A stretch of DNA of 60,000 nt, from NCBI GenBank assembly GCA_013239625.1, contig MU054391.1, positions 932,001 through 992,000 of the forward strand, in the 5' to 3' direction. The stretch is from Lama guanicoe. Taxonomy: Eukaryota. A model generated the notes under the pieces. The model was not told where the DNA came from, did not search any database, and was given only the letters and a program-made list of their open reading frames with translations. Positions 50,698-60,000 of this stretch are shown in pieces (within the stretch, counting starts at the first letter, position 1; every line of letters starts with the position of its first letter). The translations under genes and the position numbers were made by a program.

Positions 50698-51929
50698 CTT
50701 AAAAGAACAGCCACAGTTACTAAGTTAGTAAACCCTCCTGATGCTTCCTACAGAGCAGGGACTCATCCAGGTGAAAAGCAGCCCCTGTGATCTGTGGTTA
50801 CGACTCTGACTTGGGGGCTTATATTTTAACCAACAGTTGTTCAGTTTCTCTTCATGGCTGAAGATGGGAAGGTCAGCCTTAAGGGACTTCAGATCCTTTC
50901 CGGGTCTGCTGTCTACGTCCATGCCACGCCCGTGGCTCTGTCTTGGTCTGCGTGGATACCCTGTGGGTGCCATGTTGCCAAAATCCTGTATGTGACATCC
51001 AGCAGATTAGACTGACTCTAAAACGTAGGTTTTGCATGAAACAAGTTATATGATGACAGATCCAGGATTTCTACAAAATGTTAGAAAAAACACATAAATT
51101 CATTGCACTAAAATTTCTTTGCACCTTGTACTCATGACTTATTTCCATAGCTTTACATAATTTCATTTCTTAAGAAAACTAACTTCTCAGTTTGGAAGCA
51201 TTTCCAAAGTATGCTTCACACAGATCAAACTTTTTGAAGTTGGTATAAATGAAAACATTACTGATTAATCTAATGAGAAAAAGTAACACCTTCCTTTGAT
51301 GCTCTGCTCCTGCTGAGATAAAATCCTCATGTTCTTTGATGTTTATTTCTTCTCTGATTAATGTCAGAGCACTGATCAGATCTAAAATCAGATCTGAAGT
51401 TGTGTTTGTTGATTGACTCCTGATTTGCAGCCCATAGGGATGGTAAAGAAATAGTTGCAAAATCAAAATGGTTTGAATCAGTAAGAAATTGCACATCTTT
51501 ACACAAGATTGCGTCAGGTGGTCTCCTCAGTAACTGAAACAATTTATGGTTTTGAATTTCTTTTTCAGGCTCAAGAGCCCACTGAAAAATACCTGAAAGA
51601 CCTCCAGAGAGGCACCCTCTTCAGAAATGCAGAACCAGTCTTCCTACGTGAAAATCAACGTATCACAGGAGACCTTTGCATCAGAAAAACAATCTACAGA
51701 AAGACGCTCGCCCCCCCTGCGCAGTGACCTTTCTTCTTTCTAGCTGTTTTGCACTATAATTTGCAGGAGGCCACCTCCTGGACTTGCAGGCTTCTGTGGC
51801 CTTTTTGGCCTGGAAGACCCAGCGATTCCTGTGTCGTCTAAGGGCACATTCGTGAGGACAGCAGGAAAGAAGTCCCAGCCAGAAAGGAGGAGTGAGTCCT
51901 GGAGAGAAGCACCAGCCGTCAGGAGCTGC

Positions 51930-52810
51930 GCCACCGCGAGGCTGGAGATTCGAGGGGCGGACGTTCGTGCTGAGGTGTCATATTCACAAGGCTACGGGTC
52001 GGGCACGCGCGCCCTCAGTGGGACTTCAGACCTCTGAAAGCCTCTAGGACGTCAGAACCAGTGGGAGATCGCTCCACATCCAGACCCACCGCTCGCCTTG
52101 TGGGAAACCCGTCTAGTCGTGCTCCCGATCACAGCAGAGGGCTGGGCCGGCGCCTCCGAGCCGGGGTCCCTGGGGCCGTCGTCCCGCGCCCGCCCGTCCC
52201 TGGCCGCTGCGCTCGGTCAAGGGCGTCCACCTCCGAGAGCCCCAGCTTCCTTTCTCAAGAAAAAACTGTCAGTAACATTGTCAAGGGCTGTTTGAAAGGT
52301 GCCAGGAGTCAACCGATGAGGAAAATGCCTGGGACCAGCCGGGGCCAGCGCGGCGCTCCCTCCGCCCTCGGCACGAGCCCCGCGCGCTGCTTCCCCACGC
52401 ACTCCGGGCCCAGCCCCTCCCCGGGCGCCCCAGCCTGCTCCACCGGCAGGAGCGAGCTGCGATGAGGGGCGGGGGTGGGGCTCACAGACGGGGGCTGCTC
52501 CTTCGTCAACAAGGGACCCAGGAAACGACTGTCCAGCTCTGGCCTCGGTGGCCTCGGTGACCCCACCCACAAGGCGGGCGTTTGGGGAGCCCTGAAGACG
52601 TCCGCTCTGCTCCCGAGGGTTGAACTAGGTCACGCCTGTGGGTGGAACAGCGACGTTCTCGAGGCGTGTGCGGACCTCGGCGCGAGCTGCTGGAAGACGT
52701 CGCTAAGAAACGCTGCTGTGTGGCAAGTGCAATCGACAGGGCTCACAAAGAGCCGCAGCTTAGAACCGGAAAGCGAAGGCGATGCCTGTGACTTACCTCC
52801 ACCGCTTCGC
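51930..52810. promoter_or_regulatory. Second CpG-rich island
   Basis: Dense CpG; GC box ggggcgggg near 52466; minus-strand consensus donor GAG/GTAAGT at 52797/52796. Confidence 0.5.
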
Positions 52811-54479
52811 ATTGTTCATGCTTCTAAGTTTGAATGATGAACACAGAGTCATCCTGCGGTCCAGCCCACGTCCTCTGTCCAGGTGGAAGGATTCGGGAAT
52901 TTATTTTTTTTTATCTTCTTCCATGTTTCTATCTGCCAGAAGCTTAATGAGCAGAATTTTTATTATTTTTTTTACTACATTACACGCGGCTACTGAAATT
53001 GCCTAAAAGAAACACCTTTAGGTTTCCTTTTAACAGTTCCTAATTCACAACGGAAACCTGTTCTCCCATCTAAATGGTGCAACTATCCGCTGAGTTTCTT
53101 CAGAACCAGAAATGAGATTGTCACCAGATCACTCACCTGACCCAGTGCAGGAGGAGGAGGACTCGTTCTGTTTTGTGGTGTCACTTTAACAACCTCAGGG
53201 ACATCAGTTCTCAGGGGAGATTGCGCCAAACACTAACACACGCTGCTCCCAGGAGCCTTCCCTGATCTGCTGTTACAACGTGATTTTCCAAAATTTCAGT
53301 CTATCATTCTAGGAACTCATCTTGCTTCCCAGGTCCAAGTACTTATGTGACTCACAGTAACTGGCCTTCTTGGCGTCTGGTTTCAGGAAATCTTGGCAGA
53401 GCGACATTCGCCCTGTTCAGTGACCCTCCCTCACTTCCCCGCCCGTCTCCCCGGATGTGTGTGTGTGTTTGTTTCTTGGTCTCTCCAAAACACATCTTGC
53501 AGGCGTCTCCCACTCTTCTTTCAGTTTTGGTGTTTTGCTCATTTTTTTTATTGTTTTCATTTTAATTATTTGAACACAGCTTTTTGCAATGCCTTCCCAT
53601 TTCATTGTTCTTGGAAACTGTCAAAACAGAAAACTACATTTCTAATGCAGGTAGACACATGTCTTTTGGTATCTTTGCTTATTTTCATTATAAATCTGAT
53701 TACAGTCTTTTAGACAGATCAGAAGGCGAAGGAGTATCAGCGGTTGGGACCATGACCCCAGCATCTCCTACTGTTCAGCAGGCACAGAGTCATTTGACTG
53801 GAACAAGACAGGAATTAACAAGTGCCTGCAGGAGCCACATCCTGGTCCCCCCTCCCGGATGGGTATGAAACGGAATCGCCTCCCATTGCCTAGCCCTCAA
53901 AAAGCTCACCAGTGGGCGTTGGCTGATGAGCAACCTCGGATTTGGCCAATGAGGCAGAAAGCAGAACGAGGTACAGAGCATGTTTGTGGTGAAGCAAACT
54001 AAAACTAAATGAAGAAGAGAGCTGTGCAGACACCAGCACAACACACAGTTAAAGACGTGAGGGAGTCATGGAGGTCGGTGACACCGTCACCGGTGCAGGG
54101 AGTGGCTGGATTACAGTGCACTCTGGTAAGATGAGACAGAAAGGAAACCGACTTCGGGAAATTTATGCTAGATGTTATCATAATCTCCTCTGGGGCCAGC
54201 CAGAAGGAGTATGCATGGAGAACCCCTTTTATGCCTTAAAAGAATAAAAATAAATTCAACAAAATTCACATGGAAACAAACTGGAATGAGATCAAATTCG
54301 AGCGCACAGACTCACACACAGCCTTTGGGACACATCCCGCCAATATTTGTTCTCCTCCAAGAGTGGTTTTGAGTAACGTCGCCACGTGACGACATGGGGC
54401 CAGCTCAAAGTGGGGCACTGACAACTCTGTGGCCCGCTGAGGGCTGGGCCTGCGCCGCAGCCACAGCAGGAGGCTGAGG

Positions 54480-54605
54480 GCTGGGCTGTTTTTTGTTCTT
54501 TCCTTCATTCTTGAATCCCAACACCTGGAACAGACGCTTTCTGGCGCACAGTAGGCACTGAATAAATTGTTTTGCGGAAGGAAGGAGGGGAGGGAGGGAG
54601 AGTGA
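54480..54605 (+). mobile_element. L2 3' end
   Basis: gaatcccaacacctggaacagacgctttctggcgcacagtaggcactgaataaattgtt. Confidence 0.7.
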
Positions 54606-55769
54606 GCTTTGGGGAAAATGATGAACAAATGCCTCCAGTGCCTCACGCATTTCCCAGATACTCTGACGTTTTGAGATTCTTTATAAACCTCCCGATTTGC
54701 TTTCATATCTTCCCAAATAAAACTTTTTCATTAATAATTATGAGCTGCAACTGTAACAGTTGATCTGAGTTTCTTTGCTACTGACTCGAATTTTCTAGCA
54801 AATTAAATGACAAAATAAGTTTTCTGCTCAAATCCAAATAGACACTTTTTTAGTACACAAGATTTTTTCTTCATTGATTATGCTATGGGCAGAGGTTTTT
54901 TTATTTTTAGTGAATTGGAAAGTATTTCGAGGTCCTACCTATATGACAGGCACAAACACATACATCATAAGCAATAAATAATCCATCTCTTCAACTGAGA
55001 ACAGCATAAAAAGTGTAATTCTTTTTCTCAAAAGGCAACGTGGAAAGCACAAATTAATTTTTTTAAATAGAAAACAAACTGAAACTAGTAACTCCTAATT
55101 GAGAATCGCCATTGCCCTTGGAAAGGGTGGAGACATTTATTCTTCCCTGAACGACCAACACAGCTCTTTTTTTGGCTAATTAAGTGATTGTTCCCATGAA
55201 CCCTCCCTCCTTCAGTATTTCAGATAGCGCGTTTACACGCATCTTGAAAATGAAAGAGAAGCAGGATCTTGCCAGCTTGAGGCGCCAGCCTGGAGCACAC
55301 GTCCCACCCAGTTCCAAGACCCACACTGGCCTTGACTCAGCTCCGAGACAGCGGGGCCACCGTGCACATGCAAATCCATCCCAGAAGGAGCTTCAGGACG
55401 GCAGGACCCTCCCGACGCAAAACGGGTGAACACCACTCTGCGTGGTGCAGATGAACTTTTGTCCGTGGTGTGAGCTCTGCTTCTGAAAAGGCTGCTTGCA
55501 CGCAGAGCGTGGGCGCGTGCAGGCCGTGGGCGTGCACAGTGGGCAGCTGGCTGGCAGCGGGACGCGCAGCAGAGTGGGTTTACATGCAGACCCTCGAGCA
55601 GACAGCAGCTCACATCCCAGAGCCCCGGAGGGCGCGGCCAGGAGACCCCTCCACCCTTTAACTTGATCCTGACTCCAAGTCCTTTGTTCCTGCCTAGATC
55701 TCCCAGGTTCTCAAAGGCGCCTGAGTCCTAGGAAGCCACACCTCAGGGGAGCAGTATCTGCACCTGCTC

Positions 55770-55990
55770 CCAGTTTGTTGAGCATTAGGCTGTGCACCGT
55801 GTGTACCCTGTGTGATTTCATCCTTGTGACAATTTTGTGACATAAATTTTATATCCTTGTTTCTTACTTGAAAAAATTGAGGCTCAAGGAGGTTAACTTG
55901 GTTGACCAAAGCCCCCTGGCTGGTGGGCAGTAAGGTCAGAAGCCGAACCTGGATCCAGTCAATCCAGAAGCCCAGAGCCATCCCCGCACA
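55770..55990 (-). mobile_element. MIR SINE
   Basis: gaaaaaattgaggctcaaggaggttaacttggttgaccaaagcc. Confidence 0.7.
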
Positions 55991-56378
55991 ACGTTGGGAT
56001 TCCACCCCCGCACGTGGAGTCCTGTGCACTTGTCCTGTGTTGGATTTGGACCCATCCCAGCCTGCCTGGCACACTGTGCCCTCCCTCCAGCTACCCTGGT
56101 GTGCAGATCCAGTGTCCCTGCTGCCCACCTCCACCACCACACCCAGAGCCCTGAACGCCCAGGGTCTGATTCCTTCTTCTCTATTCACATCTAACAGTGG
56201 CTGGGACATTGAAAGGAGCATCCCCCCCACTTCCCCTCAAACACCCAGTGATCCCCAGGCGAACAAGAATCATTCTTTGTACTGAATGATAATGCTGCTT
56301 TATAGAGTGAAGAGCGCTGGACCATCAGGGCACACCCAGTGCTCTTATAACCTAGTGAAACCATCAGCCTAGGAAACC

Positions 56379-56470
56379 ATCACGCAGCGCTTCTGCTGTG
56401 GATCACGTGGCACTTCTGCTGTGGATCATGTGGCACTTCTGCTGTGGATCACGCAGTGCTTCTGCTGTGG
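56379..56470. repeat. Minisatellite, 4 x 23 bp (atcacgYRgYRcttctgctgtgg)
   Basis: Units start at 56379, 56402, 56425, 56448. Confidence 0.95.
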
Positions 56471-56849
56471 CTGATCTTCAAGGGCTCAGGTCCAGATTCC
56501 TCATGACACTGACCAGAGACCATGGAGGGGTTGGAGATCATTTCCTTGAATGGACTGGTGATGCTTGGGCTGCGGCCCATGCCTCCAGGAACCCTGCGAA
56601 GTGGGGTGCTTGGGTGACACGGTGAAGCCCAGCCTTGGATGTCGCTGCAAGCACAGACGTCAGGTGGCGGTGAGTCACCAAAGGGCTGGTGGAGCTTCGA
56701 GCTCTGTGGTGAAGGCGGGGAGAATGATGCACAGCAGAACCCAGGGGGCCCAAACTAAGCCGGCAAACTGTTTTTAAAGTCATTTCTGATGTGCAAGAAA
56801 CCAGGCCAGATGCCAGAAGGGGCACAAAGATGAGAAAAAAGATACTAAA

Positions 56850-57050
56850 ATCATGAAATCTGTAGGGCGTCAGACTTGGGTTCAAATTCCTGCTCTACAA
56901 CTTAACGACAATAAAATCTTGGGCAACTAGAATTCAGCTTATTTGAAAATAAGAATAATGACGTCTCCTTTTAAAGTCGTCATTAGGGTGAAGTGGGACA
57001 CCTAGTATGTTGCCTGATACAAAGGAAATACAGTGTATGGGAGCTTTTGT
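56850..57050 (+). mobile_element. MIR SINE
   Basis: gtcagacttgggttcaaattcctgctctacaactta...cttgggcaact. Confidence 0.75.
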
Positions 57051-57689
57051 TACTTCAGCAACAGAGAGTCCGCGGCGCGTGGAGAAATGCCTGAGGGCAC
57101 TTGAAGCGGCGCACAGCGCGCGCTCCCAGCGGGCCCGGTGCGCCCTGTGGGGCCCGGCTGGGCCCACATCCCTAAGTGCAGCCGGGGCTCCGGGCGGCTC
57201 CAGGCAGCACAAGTTCACCATCTGAAGGAGGTCCTCACTCAAGAGCACAGGCTGCACGGCTCCCTGACTGCGGACGAGTGACTCCACCTCTAAGGGAGGC
57301 TCCCTTTTCTGTGGGCTAGTGGCCGTGAGGGCCTGCAGCTCATGGGGGTGCAAGCACCATGCTGAGTGAGAGTGAGACGCACAGAACAGCCCACGGTGCA
57401 CAGAAAGCAACCGGTCTCTCTCCTGACCACGGTGGGGACGGACAGGAAGGGGAGCACCTCACGAAGGCGCTGGTGGGTAGAGGGAGTGGAAAGCCGGAGG
57501 GCGTGAGATCCGCAGCTGAAGCACAGGGAGTGGCTCATCAAGAGCCCTCAGTGGGGCCGGGCGGGGGGCCGGCTCCAGGCGGGGCTGTGCTGGGCTTCGG
57601 AGAGCGTCTCGCAGGCGGGACCCTGACGCAGCCCCGCCCTCACAGCCTGGGCGCGTCTCGGCAATCACCTTAAGAGGCTGACAAGCAGC

Positions 57690-57845
57690 GGCACAGTTCA
57701 CCTCCCAGCAGCTCCAAAGGCAGGTACTCGGGTTGCACCCACTTCACAGGTTAACCAAGTGGTCCTCAGGGAAGCCGCAGAGTCAGCGCACGGCAGAGAA
57801 GGCGTGAGACTCAGATCTAACTCCAGTGTCTGTGCTTGCCCTGAA
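57690..57845 (-). mobile_element. MIR SINE, GC-shifted
   Basis: ggcaggtactcgggttgcacccacttcacagg...ggcagagaaggcgtgagactcagatctaactccagtgtctgtgct. Confidence 0.5.
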
Positions 57846-59639
57846 ACACGACCGGGCTCCCCACAGGAACCGTCCGCCTGTGCGCAACAGGAAGCCAGCG
57901 CACCCTCCTTCAGGACGCCGGGTGGTTTCACACGGTAAGACCTCAATATTTACAGACTGTGCAGTAAAGACGAATGCGCCCAAGAGCCTAAGGGGCTCAG
58001 CGGGGTCCCATCTGGAAGCCCCAAAGGCCCCGTGCGCCACACCCGACCAGCTGGAGAAGGAAGACGCAGCCCAGCAAGTGTGAACTCACCCGAGGAAGAG
58101 GTTCGGGGGGAGGTATCTGGGTGCAAGGGCATGCGCTGAGCTCAAGCTGTCCACGGGGTGGAGTGTCCCGCGAGGGTTACATGCGAGTGTCTGCATCCCA
58201 TGAGCTCGGACAGGGAGCTGCCAAGATGAGAGCTGAAACTGTGGAGTGGACACCACCCTCAAGCGAGCATGAGGAGACAAGACAGGACGAGGACCAAGGA
58301 CAGAGGGGTCAGAACAGCATCCACAGATCCCACCACGCTCAGTTCCCTGTACGTTCATCAACCCAATACTTGCTCTGAAGGTCTGACTTGAAAATTCGCT
58401 TAAGAGTCAGGCTTCTGATCACTATTAATAAAGGATGAGATCTGTTGCGGGAGAGCGGATGGGGATTCCAAAATGCCAGACACAGACACGACATGTGAAG
58501 CATGTTGCTGAGTTTAAATCGAGGGCATTTTCTAATTTCCCAAAGGCCCATGTATGTTGGTCCATGTGTGCGCCTACTTGGACGGGACTACTTTGTTTTC
58601 TGAACTGCAAATAATCAGTTTCTCTGTCATTATTAACTAAGAATAAAAGGTAACGAAAGTATGGGGAAAAGTAATTGATCTCCGAAACACAGACATTCAG
58701 CTTCCATACATTTTGCGTAAATGACCAGAGAGGTGAGGGGACTGAGGTCGCTGTCAATGCACACGTGAAGGTGACCAGTCGCCCACACAGAGGAGGCAGC
58801 AGAAAAGTGAGAAGCAGTGGGAAAAACATGGGGTGGGAAACGCCTGTGACTGAAACACAGGATGTATGACTTCAGGGCCTGATTTCCCGCATTTAGGCCG
58901 AGCCAAGGCCAGTGAAAACGGCTCTTGAACGTTTTAACTCAAAAAATAGCCAGAGGTCTAACAAAAACTACTGCTTAACACTAACACAAATACTTTTCAA
59001 GAAGTTTGGAGAACATGAGGGTGAACAATGCATTGGCAAGTGGAAACCAGCGGTACCCGAGTCCTGCTGGGAAATCGTGACAGGAAGGCCCTCGGAGGGA
59101 TCCCCTTTGTCATTGACTCCCGGCGTGTGGCGTCCGCTCCCCACGACGCATGCTTCAGCCTGAGGACACCTTGCAGCTGGGTCTCGGACTGGCTTCCCTT
59201 CTCAACATTTTAACGTCACCTCGGCCTTGAAACCAGGCGGTGTATGTTTAGGGAATTCACACTCGTTTAATTATTAGCCTAAGTGGAACGTAATTATGGA
59301 GATGCATCTGGAGGGCGGGGGAGGGGAACGAATAGCCCAACCACGCCCGGAGCGCAGGGCGACCCGCGGTGCTCCCACGTTAGGCAGGAGGCGTGGGAAC
59401 TCCTAGCTGTGCTCCCTGCCGTCAGGACGACAAGGGGTCTGGGCCCAGTGACCAGCACATTAGCTCCGCCACGGGCAGCAATGCGGTCCTGCCCCAGGAA
59501 TACTGCTGGGTACGTCCCAAACTGTCCGGAGGTGAAGGATAAGACTAAAAATAATTCCAGTCCAGGTATTTTGTAAAATACAATCAAAAGAATTTCTGAA
59601 AAAATGGCCATGCCCTTGAACGCCCCCGGGTGGCCACAG

Positions 59640-59830
59640 GCGTTTCAAGACTGGCGTTCTGGCTTTCGGCACAGGTGACCCTGCCTGGGCTGAGACGGCA
59701 GCCTGGGTGGTTGGCTACATGCTCGCTCCACCTCCTCCCTCTCTACAATGAGGAACAAACACCCTCCTCCCCACTGGTGCTGGGAGGGTTAAGTGAGACC
59801 ATGATGTGAGCGCGTTGCGTCCAGGCAGGG
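59640..59830 (+). mobile_element. MIR SINE, GC-shifted
   Basis: ctctctacaatgagg...ggtgctgggagggttaagtgagaccatgatgtgagcgcg. Confidence 0.5.
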
Positions 59831-60000
59831 GTCGGGTCATCGCCACCCCAGTTGGTTCTTCCTCTGCGTCTCTTACTTCTCATGGGACTGTATCTCCAGC
59901 AGCTTTTGCCTTCGAGCTCCCACGGGGGTCCTGACAGATCCCCTGTTCTGATCTCCGCCCTGTCCTCTCAGACCTCGGCTGGGCGATCCCCAGTGACCCC

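Noticed and set aside
51179..51496. Protein-like ORF (ILDLISALTLIREEINIKEHEDF) as a coding exon
   Set aside because: Weak splice sites, no recognisable family and no partner exons; tblastn or PhyloCSF would settle it.
56379..56470. Repeat-spacer-like pattern
   Set aside because: The variable parts are point variants of one unit; it is a minisatellite.
1..60000. Hundreds of 60-240 aa ORFs in the supplied track
   Set aside because: Pro/Arg/Gly/Ala-rich, overlapping on both strands, with no recognisable domains; expected by chance in GC-rich mammalian DNA. Only the L1 ORF2 remnants are real protein-derived sequence.

Overview
Eukaryotic, mammalian non-coding DNA. The young LINE-1 (L1) ends look camelid (alpaca/camel type) and I see no ruminant Bov-tA/BovB or pig PRE-1 SINEs; the species call is inference from remembered consensus sequences. 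I recognise no protein-coding gene, RNA gene or CRISPR array. Nearly all ORFs in the track are chance ORFs in GC-rich DNA; the only real protein-like ones are L1 ORF2 remnants. The window is a mosaic of old repeats (a near full-length L1ME1-like element, L2, MIR, MER82, MER91A, MER58A, MER5A, Charlie1, MLT1D), younger L1 fragments, one ERV solo LTR, and several CpG-rich islands, the strongest a promoter-like island at about 47.0-48.15 kb. The most notable observations: (1) an isolated L1 5'UTR with no body or poly(A) tail splitting a MER82, with CTCGAG at both ends; (2) patchy, strongly AT-to-GC biased divergence of repeats, visible by comparing two L1 3' ends 200 bp apart and suggesting GC-biased gene conversion; (3) a short L1 insertion with both a 5' inversion and an apparent 3' transduction; (4) a solo LTR with a 23-bp-period array of CCAAT boxes plus octamer and TATA box, pointing into a CpG island. 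I found no evidence of a new biological system. Repeat family names were recognised by eye and need RepeatMasker/Dfam confirmation.
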